Shown one piece after another: positions 10,084 through 20,826 of a DNA stretch of 64,000 nt (its first letter is position 1; each line of letters starts with the position of its first letter). The DNA is taken from assembly GCA_964291395.2 (NCBI GenBank), contig OZ219856.1:1024001-1088000 (forward strand), read 5' to 3'. The translations under genes and the position numbers were made by a program. Source of the stretch: Alphaproteobacteria bacterium. Lineage in GTDB: Bacteria; Pseudomonadota; Alphaproteobacteria; UBA2966. The notes under the pieces are model-generated. The model ran no database searches. It was not told the origin of the DNA and saw only the letters and a program-made list of their open reading frames with translations.

Positions 10084-10667
10084 TTCATCCTCCACACTTC
10101 GTTTCCGACGGTCCGGCTTGCCGAGAATCACCTCTGGAACGGCACCCGGACCTGCAGCTTCATGCTCACGCGGGAGCAGAAGGCGTTCATTGATAGGCGG
10201 GAGCGTAATGTTGCGAGGCGTTTGTTGTTCGGCGCCCAAGTTTGACCCCGGGGAACCACACTATATCAAGGGGCTGGCGTGCCGATCGGGTCCAAACTGC
10301 GCGCCGATCAGGGCGGCGACGATTCGCTTGTCGGCCATGCACGGACTCCCCTACCGGGGCAAGTCTCGACACGGAGATACGTTGAGGACCATGAGAGAGC
10401 AGGGTAACCTGAGGCGCGGAACCGCCGCGAACGATGGAGAACCCCGACACGGCGGCATTGACAGGGACCCCATTGGTGCCAAAATCGCTACAGTGATGCG
10501 CCGACCGGTTAGTATCGATCCGATATCGGAATTACGAGCCACATGGCCCGCGTAAGCGCCACAGACGCAAGCACGGTCGAGCCGCGCTCCGACACGGACG
10601 CGGACGATGCTGGTTGTTCGCGCGTTGATTTTGTCGGTCACGGACAGGCAGGGCGGAAGTAGGCGCC

Positions 10668-10928
10668 GTGGCCCTCATTCACCGCCTGCTGTTTCATGCC
10701 GCGCGACGCTTGGTCACTGATCCACGCGCGCAGGAGAAAGCGGCGGAACTGATCGAGACGAAGGTCAAGCCACGGGTACGGGACGGCTGGAATCAGGCCA
10801 GGCCGCGCATCGACGCCGCCAGATCGGATCTTGAGAAGATCGCGTCGGAAACCGACCCGCGAGAGAAGCCAAGGGAGTTCGCGATCCAAGTCAAGCAGCG
10901 GTTTTTCCCGCGCAAGAGAGCCGATTAG
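10668..10928 (+). CDS. small hypothetical protein
   Basis: 86-aa helical-looking ORF with normal codon usage. Confidence 0.6.
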   Translation: MALIHRLLFHAARRLVTDPRAQEKAAELIETKVKPRVRDGWNQARPRIDAARSDLEKIASETDPREKPREFAIQVKQRFFPRKRAD

Positions 10929-11137
10929 AGCGTTTCGCGGTTTATTCGATATACGGCATTCAATTGCGGCTTGTGGACATACCGGCCAAGCTCCTCCCGA
11001 ACGTCAATCTCACGATGTTGATCGGCGCCGGAGAGCGGCCCCACAGGATCGATCGAAATCAATGAGTTGCCGTGCCGATCGGCGCCCAACCTGCGCGCCG
11101 ATCGACAATTCAGCCCTCCGGGAGACTGCTCGTGACC

Positions 11138-11608
11138 ATGGAAGCGGATCGGTTCATGCAACGCGCCATAGAGCTGTCCGAGCGGGCCGTTCGCCAAAAG
11201 TCCGGCGGGCCCTTCGGTGCGGTGATCGTGAAAGACGGTGAAATCGTTGGCGAAGGTTGCAATCAGGTGACGACCCGGAACGATCCGAGCGCGCACGCGG
11301 AGATCGTAGCCATCCGTTCGGCATGCCGAAAGCTCCGCACGTTCCGGCTCTCGGGGTGCACGATCTACGCCAGCACGGAGCCGTGTCCGATGTGTCTCGG
11401 CGCCATCTATTGGGCGCGTCTGGATCGGCTCATCTACGCCAACTCCCGCTTCGAAGCGTCCGCCGTCGGTTTTGACGACACGTTCTTCCACGAGGAAATC
11501 GTGAAGCCCGAGGACCTCCGCGCTCTCCAAACCACCCGGATGGCCAGCAGCGAGGCTCTTGCGGTCCTCCGGGCCTGGTTCGATCTGGATGGCCGGGAGT
11601 TGTATTGA
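11138..11608 (+). CDS. nucleoside/guanine deaminase (cytidine deaminase fold)
   Basis: GGPFGAVIV, AHAE, EPCPMC zinc motifs. Confidence 0.92.
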   Translation: MEADRFMQRAIELSERAVRQKSGGPFGAVIVKDGEIVGEGCNQVTTRNDPSAHAEIVAIRSACRKLRTFRLSGCTIYASTEPCPMCLGAIYWARLDRLIYANSRFEASAVGFDDTFFHEEIVKPEDLRALQTTRMASSEALAVLRAWFDLDGRELY

Positions 11609-11664
11609 CTCGCCGATCGGTCTGCCGTCATGCGGTAGAGCCGGAACGAGCTCGGCACGGGCGT

Positions 11665-12324
11665 TCAGTCGATCTCGTCCTCGGGCACGATCCAGGGTTC
11701 CCGTAGCGCGGCCTCGCGCCATTCCACGAAGGCAGGCAGGCTCAGCACGGCACGACTGTAGGCGGCGCAGGGCTCGTCCAGCTCCACGCCGTAGGTGTCC
11801 AGCCGCGTCACCACCGGCGCGAACATGGCGTCGGCCGCGCCGAAGGCTCCGAACAGGAAGTCGCCGCCCGCACCCCAGCGCGCCCGGCAGTCGCGCCAGA
11901 TTTCACTGACACGCGCGATGTCGTCGTCGACTCCCGGCCCGCGACCCTTCCCCTCGAGGTCCCGTCGGCGCAGGTTCATCGGCATGTGGTTGCGCAGCGC
12001 GGCAAAGCCCGCGTGCATCTCGTTCGCAACCGCGCGGGCGTGGGCGCGGGCGTCGCGGTCGGTTGGCCAGAGGCCGGCGTCAGGGAACAGTTCGTTGAGG
12101 TATTCCAGGATCGCCAGCGTCTCCCACACCGTGTGCTCGCCATGCAGCAGCACCGGCACGCGGCGGGAGGGCGAAAGGGAGGCGATGGCCTCCTTCCAGT
12201 TCTCGTCGAACAGCAGGATCAACCGCTCGTCGAAGGGGATTCCGGCATGACGCATGGCAAGCCAGGGCCTGAGCGACCAGGACGAGTAGTTCTTGTTGCC
12301 GATCACCAGTGTCAGGTCGCTCAT
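11665..12324 (-). CDS. glutathione S-transferase family protein
   Basis: NKNYSSWSLRPWL, EMHAGF, ADAMFAPV. Confidence 0.93.
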   Translation of the reverse strand: MSDLTLVIGNKNYSSWSLRPWLAMRHAGIPFDERLILLFDENWKEAIASLSPSRRVPVLLHGEHTVWETLAILEYLNELFPDAGLWPTDRDARAHARAVANEMHAGFAALRNHMPMNLRRRDLEGKGRGPGVDDDIARVSEIWRDCRARWGAGGDFLFGAFGAADAMFAPVVTRLDTYGVELDEPCAAYSRAVLSLPAFVEWREAALREPWIVPEDEID

Positions 12325-12478
12325 TGCGTTCCCGGTCCCTTCGCGGTTTCATGCGGTGCGCGAGACCGTATACACGGCAAAGCCCCTGCACGTCATGCCG
12401 TTGGCGGTCGCTGGAGCGGCGGTTGTTCAGGAGGTGATGGCTGGCGCAGCCGAAATTCGGTCGCAGAGGGAACATCCA

Positions 12479-12958
12479 ATGCGCGAAAGCAAGAGACCCC
12501 TGGCCATTGCCGCGGCGGAGGTTCCGCCGCGGACGAAGCCGTCCAACTATCCCGAACCGTTCTTCGGCCGCATGGCAAGACGAGAGAAGAGGCCTCTTGG
12601 AGACTTTTTTGGCCTGGAGAACTTTGGGGTGAACCTGACGACGATCGAGCCCGGCGGAGAGACCGCGCTGATGCACTCTCACGGCAAGCAGGACGAAATG
12701 ATCTACATCGTGCAGGGCAATCCCACGCTCGTCACCGAATCCGGCGAGACAACGCTCACGCCCGGAATGTGCGCGGGCTTCCGTGCGGGAGGCGTGGCGC
12801 ATCATGTGGTCAACCGTTCTGACCGGCAGGCGGTCCTCCTTGAGATTGGTGATCGGGCCAAGGGCGACGAGGCAAACTATCCTCGGGATGATCTCCGTGC
12901 GGTGATGGGGGAAGACGGGATTTGGCAGTTCGTGCACAAGGACGGAACGCCGTACTAG
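12479..12958 (+). CDS. cupin domain protein
   Basis: FGVNLTTIEPG, HSHGKQDE, AHHVVN, YPRDDL. Confidence 0.9.
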   Translation: MRESKRPLAIAAAEVPPRTKPSNYPEPFFGRMARREKRPLGDFFGLENFGVNLTTIEPGGETALMHSHGKQDEMIYIVQGNPTLVTESGETTLTPGMCAGFRAGGVAHHVVNRSDRQAVLLEIGDRAKGDEANYPRDDLRAVMGEDGIWQFVHKDGTPY

Positions 12959-13093
12959 CACCTTGCCCGAAATCAATGATGTTGATGGTCCGTTGAGCGC
13001 ACCCTTTGCCGGACGGGCGCCCGAGGGTCGCTTCAGCCCCATCCTCAGGCTTCCGGGCCGCCGGGCGGGATTTGTGCTCTCTTTTCTCGCCCC

Positions 13094-13345
13094 TATGAGA
13101 AGGTCCTGAAGGACGCGCAGGATGCGGCCATCCGGGAGATGACGGACGAAGCCGCGGCGCTCGGCGCGAACGCGGTTGCCGGTGTTGACCTTGATTACGA
13201 AGCCATTGGCGAGAAAAGCGGCATGCTCATGGTCTCGGCCGGCGGCACGGCGGTGCTCGCGGAGTATTGTTCGGCAGGGCGACCGGCTTATGACGCTCTT
13301 GGAAGCGGTAAAAGGGCATGGCGCGGGGAAGCGAATGGTCCCTGA
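13094..13345 (+). pseudogene. YbjQ/UPF0145 family C-terminal remnant
   Basis: [16 protein letters not shown]...[14 protein letters not shown]...[11 protein letters not shown]; the N-terminal half is absent. Confidence 0.75.
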
Positions 13346-13422
13346 GCGGCCGTGCGCCGGCGGAGTGGCAGCGGAGGGAACGTTCGCGCTACTCTGTCGC
13401 GCAATCACCGTCTCACCGAAGC

Positions 13423-14310
13423 ATGACACTCCGGTTCCACCAGCTCCACCCGCAATTCGCCGCTGAGGCGAGTGCGGTCGATCTCCGCGCCGTGCGCGAC
13501 GACGAGACCCTGGAGCAAATCCGGGTAGGCATGGACAAGCACGCGGTGCTCGTATTCCGGGACCAGGCCTTCACGAGCGATGAGCAGCTCGCCTTCGCCA
13601 CCCGGCTCGACGGGGAGATTCACCGCAAGACCGGCATCAGCGTTTTGCAGAAGAGCCGCTTCGGAGACGAAGCGCTTACCGATGTTTCGAACGTCGGTTC
13701 GAGCGGCGAGGTCCTGGCCCCGGACAGCCGGCGTCGCCTGTACGGTCTCGCGAACCGCCTCTGGCACACCGATGCGTCGTTTCAGGATCCGCGGGGCCGC
13801 TACTCGATGCTCGCCGCCCTCGTCGTGCCGCCGGTCGCGGCCGACACCGAGTTTGCGGACATGCGGACCGCCTACGATACGCTGGCAGAGGAGACGAAGG
13901 CGAGCCTCGAAGGTCTCCGCGTGCATCATTCGATCGCCTATTCGCGAATGACGCTGGGCTTCGAGTTCTCGGATGAAGAGAGTGACCGGCTCAAGGGGGC
14001 CGTTCAGCCCCTGGTGCTGAACAACCCCCGAACCGGGCGGCGCTCCCTCTATCTTGCCTCGCACGCCTCGCGCATACTCGACCGGCCCGTTCCCGATGGC
14101 CGGCTCCTCCTCCGCGACCTCATGGAGCATGCGACCAGGCCCGAGCTCGTGTATCGGCATTCGTGGCGAATCGGGGACTTCGTGATCTGGGATAACCGGG
14201 CCACGATGCACCGCGCCCGTCCCTTCGACGACACCCGGCACCGGCGGGAGATGCGTCGCGTTACCACTCTCGACGTCGGCCACCCGTCACGGATCGCACG
14301 GGCCGTGTAG
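13423..14310 (+). CDS. TauD/TfdA family Fe(II)/2-oxoglutarate dioxygenase
   Basis: LWHTDASF (HxD), TEFADMR, WDNRATMHR. Confidence 0.93.
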   Translation: MTLRFHQLHPQFAAEASAVDLRAVRDDETLEQIRVGMDKHAVLVFRDQAFTSDEQLAFATRLDGEIHRKTGISVLQKSRFGDEALTDVSNVGSSGEVLAPDSRRRLYGLANRLWHTDASFQDPRGRYSMLAALVVPPVAADTEFADMRTAYDTLAEETKASLEGLRVHHSIAYSRMTLGFEFSDEESDRLKGAVQPLVLNNPRTGRRSLYLASHASRILDRPVPDGRLLLRDLMEHATRPELVYRHSWRIGDFVIWDNRATMHRARPFDDTRHRREMRRVTTLDVGHPSRIARAV

Positions 14311-14499
14311 TCCTTCACCTGTCGGTCACGCCGGGAGGCTGCACGGCCCGGTATTATCCGCTTGACCGACGGCACCGGTCGAGCAGACGTTCGCCCCGTA
14401 AGCGAAGCACGAGTCTCTCGCTCCGTAGGGTCGCTCGCCGAACAGAAGGGCCCGTTCCGGCAAGGGTAGGGCGCCCCGCCTCCGGGAAATCGGCTGGTT

Positions 14500-14610
14500 C
14501 ATGTCTGCGGTGCCTCGGCAGAGCCCCGGCCGTCGGCACATCTCGAAGCTTGCCTTTGTCGGCGTAAATGTATTCGTCTCACGGTGACGACCGCCTGCCG
14601 CAATCCGCAT
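14500..14610 (-). pseudogene. MlrC/M81 metallopeptidase N-terminal remnant
   Basis: MRIAAGGRHRETNTFTPTKA resembles the MlrC start (HETNTF); similarity is lost after about 35 aa. Confidence 0.6.
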
Positions 14611-14666
14611 GGGCCTTACCCCCCGTCTGCGGCCTGCGCTGCCAACAGAGAGTCCGTTCGCTGCCT

Positions 14667-16005
14667 TTGCGTCTTCGCCGCCGCCTCGTCCTTGGCCATC
14701 TGGCCGACCTCTACCGCCTCGCCCTGCCGGTCGTGGTGAGCCGCGCCGGCGTGCTCGCGATGACGGTGGCCGACACGGTGATCGTCGGCCGCTACTCTTC
14801 GGTCGAGCTCGGGCACCTGTCGCTCGGCGTCGCGGTCCATCTGCCGCTGCTCCTGACCGTGATGGGTTTGCTCACCGGCACCACGGTCGCCGTGGCGCAG
14901 GCGATGGGCCGCGGCGACCTGGCGGAATGCGGGGCCGCATGGCGGCGGGCGGTGCCGGTTGCGCTCGCCATTCGGCATCGTCGGCTTGCTGCTCGGGCTG
15001 TTCGGTCGCGAGGTGTTGCTGCTCACCGGGCAGAGCGAGGACATGGCGGAGGGCGCCGGGCGGGTGTTCTTCATTCTGTCCCTCGGCTATCCGGCGGTCT
15101 TCCTCTACTTCGCCACGGCCTTCTTCCTCGAAGGCATCCGGCGTCCGCAACCGGTCGCCTGGGCGATCGTCGCCGCCAACATGGTCAACGTCCCGGCCGA
15201 CCTCGTGCTGGTGCACGGCCTGTTCGGCGTGCCGGCGCTGGGCGCGGAGGGTTCGGCCTGGGTCACCACCGTCATCCGCTGGGGCTTGGCGGCGTTCCTG
15301 GTCGCCTACGCCTGGTCGATGTCCGACCGGGCGCGGCTTGGCGTCCGCGCCCCCGCCGACTGGTCGTGGCCGCGCTGGAGGCTGCAGCGCATGGTCGGTT
15401 ACGCGGCCGCCATCGCCATCGGCGTCGAGACGGGGGCCTTCGCCTCGGTCCACCTGTTCGCCGGCTGGCTGGGGGCGGTTCCGCTCGCCGTCTTTGCCAT
15501 CGTGCTGAATGTCATTGCGGTCATCTTCATGGTCGCGAACGGCGTCGGCATCGCTACCAGCGTGCGCATCGGCAATGCCTTCGGCCGCGGCGACCGCAGG
15601 CGCTGGACCGCCGCAGGCTGGCTCGGCCTCGCCGTCACCGTCTCGTTGATGGCCGGTGCCGGTGCCTTCATGGCGGTGCTCGCCCGGCCGCTCTCCGCGA
15701 TCTACAGCTCGGAACCGGTGGTGCTGGCGGCCGCCGTGCCGGTCATGGTGCTCGCCGCGCTCGTGCCCGTCTTCGACGGCGGGCAGACGCTGATGCTCAA
15801 CGCCCTGCGCGGCTGCGCCGACGCGTGGATCCCGACGGCGCTTCAGGCCCTCGCATTCATTGGCTGCATGGTGCCGCTCTCGCTGCTGCTGGCCTTCGGG
15901 TTGGAGCGGGGCGTCGCCGGGCTGTTCGAGGCGATGATCGCCGCGACGGCCCTGTCGCTGGGGCTGCTATCCGCGCGCTTCGTCATGCTTTCGCGCCGCC
16001 GATGA
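14667..16005 (+). pseudogene. MATE efflux transporter, frameshifted
   Basis: N-part LALPVV..DTVIVGR..VAQAMG is in one frame and the remainder in another; one extra base at about 14970 (GCC A TTC GGC). Confidence 0.85.
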
Positions 16006-16102
16006 CGCATCCTGTGCGGGGGTGTATCCCGGTGAGAGGAACGTCGTGACGTTTCCGGAGCAGCAGAGCGGCCGGGGATCGACGCCCTGGTCTCCGCAGG
16101 CT

Positions 16103-16858
16103 TCAACGGACCCGCAGCACGAGGAACTCGTAGCCGTAGAACTCCGAGTAGGCATGCCAGATGTCGATCTCGTGCTGGCACCGGTCCGCCAGTTCCTGCG
16201 CATCCGGTGCATCGCGATGACGCTTGCGGAATTCGGTCACGTTGTCCTGCAGCGGCCGATAGTAGTCGTCCCACCACGCCGACGCGGGGAGCGGAAAGTG
16301 CCCCACGGTCTCGTAGCCACAGGCCTCGGCGGCCTCCAGGAGTGCGGAGGTATCGCGGATTGCCGGATACTCGCGGCTCCAGAACGCGGCGCATTCGGCG
16401 GGTGGCTCGGGCTTCCGCCAGCACACTTCGGTCAGCGCGACGTGCCCGTCACGCCGCAGCAGCCTGCGCCAGTCGCGCAGGCCCGTTTCGACCCCCACGT
16501 TGTAGATGGCGCCTTCGCACCAGATGAGTTCGAAGGAGCCGTCGGCGAAGTCGAGACTGTGCATGTCCGCAACCCGCGCTTCCAACCGGTCAGTGATGCC
16601 GAGCTCCCGTGCTTCGCGGTTCAGGGCGTCGATGAACGGCGGATGGTTGTCGATGGCAACGATGCGCGCTGGAGAACAGTCGGCCAGCACCAGGGTCTGG
16701 GCGCCCGTCCCACAGCCGATGTCGAGCACGCGCGTCCCCGGCCCGACTCCCGGCACGAGCCCGAGGGCGCGACGCGTGGACGCTGCGTTTCCCGGTCCCT
16801 GCCGGGGCAGCCCGCTGAACAGTTCGAAGAACAGCGCTGTGGCTCGCTCTGGCGCCAT
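16103..16858 (-). CDS. class I SAM-dependent methyltransferase
   Basis: PRQGPG, VLDIGCGTG, IWCEGAIY. Confidence 0.92.
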   Translation of the reverse strand: MAPERATALFFELFSGLPRQGPGNAASTRRALGLVPGVGPGTRVLDIGCGTGAQTLVLADCSPARIVAIDNHPPFIDALNREARELGITDRLEARVADMHSLDFADGSFELIWCEGAIYNVGVETGLRDWRRLLRRDGHVALTEVCWRKPEPPAECAAFWSREYPAIRDTSALLEAAEACGYETVGHFPLPASAWWDDYYRPLQDNVTEFRKRHRDAPDAQELADRCQHEIDIWHAYSEFYGYEFLVLRVR

Positions 16859-17345
16859 GACTCCTATTCCCGCGTGTCGCATGTCCCCTTGCCGCACCTA
16901 TCCCAGCCTCAAACGCCCGATCAGTTCATGAAGACAGGTGAGTTCAGCAGCCAATGGTTCAAAAGGGCCATGGCTGACTGCTACAAGGAGGGCTCCTGCA
17001 ACTTCACTATCATCGGTGGTGTCTTCGCGCTTCCCGGGAACGCCGAGTATTTTTCAAGAGCGCGGCAGGTACACGCGGCGGGATCGTCGCCAAGACACAT
17101 GACGCGCGGATCGTGCCGCCGGGCGGGAAGTGGCCGGTCGCCCAATCCCCCCGCCCAGCGGCCTGGGTGCCCGAATAATCGCACCGCTTCGCAGGCCGGG
17201 GCGAGACCCGGAATTTGCGGCCTGGGGAGATACGAACCGGTGTTGCACAAACGGCACAGTGGCGAATTCAGTTGGCGAACCGGGGTTGCCATCCCGCGAT
17301 GGATTTTAGATTTAGTTCTCGCGGAACTGATACGGGGACTTCGGC

Positions 17346-17789
17346 ATGAACGTTTTGACCTCCGTGGCGCCCCTCCGGTACCCGGCCCAGGAGTTGCCCG
17401 GCCGGGGATGGGCGCCGGCGCGGCTGCTGGCGGGCTGCCTGATCTCGCTCATGTGGCTGCCGGTGGGGTTCTACGCCGCCGGGGCCGGCGGTCCGCCATG
17501 GCTGGCGGACCTCGATGGATGGCTCTATCTGGCCGGCCTGGCGCCGAGCGGTGTTCCGCTGGTGTGGGCCTGCGGCCGGTTGCGCCGGATGGGCTATCCG
17601 GGTGCGGCGTGGATGGCCTTCGGCGTTCTGGCGCCGGCGACGGTCATGGTGTCGGTTTACGTGGCCCCGCTCGGCCCGTTGTGGGTCGCGGCCTGTGCCG
17701 CGGTAGCGAGCTTGCCGGCTTGGCTGCCCTACGGGCTGGGATGTCTCGACCGCCGCGCGCGGCGGCGGAATTCACGGCGCATCGCGTGA
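17346..17789 (+). CDS. hypothetical membrane protein
   Basis: About four hydrophobic segments; GGGGA RBS-like sequence upstream. Confidence 0.65.
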   Translation: MNVLTSVAPLRYPAQELPGRGWAPARLLAGCLISLMWLPVGFYAAGAGGPPWLADLDGWLYLAGLAPSGVPLVWACGRLRRMGYPGAAWMAFGVLAPATVMVSVYVAPLGPLWVAACAAVASLPAWLPYGLGCLDRRARRRNSRRIA

Positions 17790-18010
17790 TGCGGATTGCC
17801 CTCAAGCGCCGCCGGTGTCCGCCTCCTTGCCGCCCTTCGGTTGCCTGCCGCGGTAGCTGACCCTGACCGGGCGGAGGTTCGTGGCGAATTCACGCTCCTC
17901 CGGGTCGGTCGCCTCGATGAACCGTCCGAATTGCGACTCCCCGTCTTCGTGGTCTTCCCGACGGTTCGGGCGGCCATGGCGGTCCTTGCGTTGAGCCATC
18001 CGGTCCGAGG

Positions 18011-19096
18011 TCATGGCGGAGGTACATGGAACTGCATTCCGAACCATCGCCATCTGTTGTCCTGCGCGGGCATCGTGCAGTTGAAGCGCGCTCGGCCGGG
18101 AGGGAAGGGGTTGTCGACCCGCACTTCGACCCGCCGTTCTCCGAGGCGTCGGGTTTGTGCCGGGTTGCCGCCGGGCGAGACGAAGCAGTTCAGCTGTTCC
18201 AGGGATCGGATTTCGGGGGATACGGTGAAGCCGAAATGGGGCGGGTTTTGGGTCAGGGAGAAATCGAGAGGCGTAACGTCGGTGACGGGGAGGGGCAGGG
18301 CGGTGGCGGCCAACTTCAGCCGGTCGATGGAGCCGAAATTCTCGTTGAATGGGAACCTTGGCAGATAGAAGCGGTCGGCGCCCGCGTACGCCACGCCGGA
18401 GTGTTGGCCGAATGCCGCGGTGAAGCCTGCTTCTATGATTTTGCCGCGCACGTCCCGGCTGGCCTCTCCGAACGGGTAGGCGAAGATCCGGGGGATCTTG
18501 CCGAGTTCCTGCTGGTATCGTTCGCTTGCCTTACGGATTTCCTGCCAAATTCGTTCGTCCGATGCGCCCACCATGTGCAGATGCGAAGCGGTGTGGTGAC
18601 CTATGCTGCCGCCGCCATCCCGGATCTCCCGTAGCTGGTCCCAGGTCAAGAAGTTCGCGAGACCTTTGTCGACCGGATCCGTTGCGACGAACAGCGTGAA
18701 CGGCAGTCCGGCGTCCTTGAACCGGGGCCAGGCCTCGGTGTACGTGGATTGATAGGCGTCGTCGATGGTTATCGCGACGGTGTTGGCGGGGAGGTCACGG
18801 CCCGTCCGGAAGGCGTCGACGATCTGTTCCAGCGGCAACACGTTGTATGGCCCGGACGTGAGCTCGCGAATGTGCGCTTCCAGTTGTTCGATACGCACGT
18901 TCGTCGACGGATAGTTCCGTTCGCCGAACCGGTGGTACATGATGATGGTTGCCGCCGACCGATCGGCCGTCACCGTCGCGGCGGAGGAAGCGGGTGCCGA
19001 AAGAGCGGGCAGCGCGGACGCAAATCCGAGGCCTATGACACCCCAAAACCGGCTTCTTGGAGAGGTTGACACCGGTCGGGCTTTCCAGGATCGCAT
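18011..19096 (-). CDS. polysaccharide deacetylase (CE4) with signal peptide and C-terminal domain
   Basis: IMYHRF, ITIDDAY, HTASH, FAYPFGE; start uncertain. Confidence 0.9.
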   Translation of the reverse strand: MRSWKARPVSTSPRSRFWGVIGLGFASALPALSAPASSAATVTADRSAATIIMYHRFGERNYPSTNVRIEQLEAHIRELTSGPYNVLPLEQIVDAFRTGRDLPANTVAITIDDAYQSTYTEAWPRFKDAGLPFTLFVATDPVDKGLANFLTWDQLREIRDGGGSIGHHTASHLHMVGASDERIWQEIRKASERYQQELGKIPRIFAYPFGEASRDVRGKIIEAGFTAAFGQHSGVAYAGADRFYLPRFPFNENFGSIDRLKLAATALPLPVTDVTPLDFSLTQNPPHFGFTVSPEIRSLEQLNCFVSPGGNPAQTRRLGERRVEVRVDNPFPPGRARFNCTMPAQDNRWRWFGMQFHVPPP

Positions 19097-19351
19097 GACC
19101 ATGCCGATCATGTGGGTGGCATGTTTCGTAGTGCATGTATCACAACGCAACCGAATTCCGCCACCAGAAGTCAGCCGGAGAACCGGGCGATCGTCGTTCG
19201 CCCGCCGCGATCCGCTGATATTCCCGGCTTCGTCACGACTCTTCACACCATATCGCGGTTCTTCACGAGTCCCGGCGACGTCAGCGTCCTTACAAACCGG
19301 AGTCCACTCTAGTAGAGTCCGCTGCAAGATACTCTCGAAGGGAATGGCGCC

Positions 19352-20206
19352 TTGGGTTCAATTGCCGCGATCTTTCTGCCGCTAGCACTGGCCTTCATCA
19401 TGTTCTCGCTGGGCCTGGGGCTGACCGTCCGCGATTTCATGCGCGTCGTCGTGCAACCGCGCGACTTCGTGGTCGGCGCGCTGAGCCAGGTCGTCGTCCT
19501 TCCGGCCGTTGCGTTTATTCTCGTCCTGATCTGGGACCCTGCACCGGAACTGGCGGTCGGCGTGATGATCATCGCCGCCGCGCCGGGCGGCGTGACGTCG
19601 AACCTCCTGACCCGGTTCGCCGGCGGTGACACGGCTCTGTCGGTCTCGCTGACCGCCGTCATCTCGGTTCTCGCGATCGTCACGGTGCCGGTCATCGTGT
19701 TCTTCGCGCTCGACCGGTTCGTCGGTGATGCCGCGGCGCGGGATCTCGATCTCGTCTCGGTGTCGCTCCAGATGTTCGCCATCGTCGCCGTCCCGGTGGC
19801 TGCAGGGATGGCGGTGAAGGCATTCGCGGGACGCTTCGCCGACGCCGTCGAGCGCCCGGCGCGCGTCGTCTCGGGCATCCTGTTCGTCATCGTGCTGTTC
19901 GGCGCGATTTGGCAGAATCGTGCCAACATCGGCACCTACTTCGCCGAGGCGGGCCTGATTACGCTGGTCCTCAACGTCCTCATGATGGCAATCGCGTTCT
20001 GGGGTTCGATGCTGCTGAACGTCGGTCGGCGCGCGCGCATCGCGCTGTCGCTCGAATGCGGCCTACAGAACGGCACGCTGGCACTCACCGTGGCGGCCCT
20101 GCTGGCGTTGCCTGAGAGCTTCCAGATCCCGGCTGCGATTTACAGCCTGACCATGTTCGCGACCGCCATCGTCTTCATGCTCGTCGTCGCACGCGGCCGC
20201 GGCTGA
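19352..20206 (+). CDS. bile acid:sodium symporter (BASS) family transporter
   Basis: IMFSLGLGL, PGGVTSN, ECGLQNGTL. Confidence 0.92.
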   Translation: MGSIAAIFLPLALAFIMFSLGLGLTVRDFMRVVVQPRDFVVGALSQVVVLPAVAFILVLIWDPAPELAVGVMIIAAAPGGVTSNLLTRFAGGDTALSVSLTAVISVLAIVTVPVIVFFALDRFVGDAAARDLDLVSVSLQMFAIVAVPVAAGMAVKAFAGRFADAVERPARVVSGILFVIVLFGAIWQNRANIGTYFAEAGLITLVLNVLMMAIAFWGSMLLNVGRRARIALSLECGLQNGTLALTVAALLALPESFQIPAAIYSLTMFATAIVFMLVVARGRG

Positions 20207-20404
20207 GCGGCGCCCCGCCGCGCGCCGGTTGAGGGGCGAACCCCCCGGGGCGGGCTCGCCCTGACGGGATCACGGAGAATCTCCGCAACGACGGCTACCT
20301 GGCGGTAGCGTCGTCCCTGCGGATCGCGGGACACGCCCGACGCGGACGCTAATTCACTCTGAAAGTGGACCACCCAATAGAGGCCGGTCACCGCAAGCGG
20401 AGAA

Positions 20405-20704
20405 CTAACCGGGACGTCCCGTCCTCCAGTCCCACGGCCGGACTTGAGTTTCGGCGAAGACGTCCGCTTTGCCGTAGGGGCTGTCAGCCAGGAAAGCTCG
20501 CGCTGCCTCAAGGGAAGGCGCTTCGACGACTAGCAGCAGGCCGACGATGGCCTCCGAATCGTCGTCAAGTGTCGGGCCAGCGTTGTGGACGACAACGCCG
20601 GGATGCTCAGGATGATTGCGCAGATAGTCGATAAAGGCGCCCTGAAGCTCGCCGCCCGACTGTACCCGTCCCGGCTTGTGTGTGACCCAAGCGACAGCGT
20701 ACAT
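20405..20704 (-). CDS. YciI family protein
   Basis: AGPTLDDD..VGLLLVVEA.SLEAARAF...PY; an alternative start lies at 20743. Confidence 0.8.
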   Translation of the reverse strand: MYAVAWVTHKPGRVQSGGELQGAFIDYLRNHPEHPGVVVHNAGPTLDDDSEAIVGLLLVVEAPSLEAARAFLADSPYGKADVFAETQVRPWDWRTGRPG

Positions 20705-20826
20705 CGGTTTTCTCCCTGTCTTTTGTTCAGCCGTTTCCGTCACGCTAGGCCGGCTCCTCGCATCCTGTCAATCGACGGTCCCGTTCCAGACCCCATCGAT
20801 GCCGCTTGCGTGACGGCGTGAAGGAC

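Noticed and set aside
16022-17860. 612-aa plus-strand ORF
   Set aside because: A composite of the methyltransferase antisense strand, intergenic DNA and an off-frame membrane gene.
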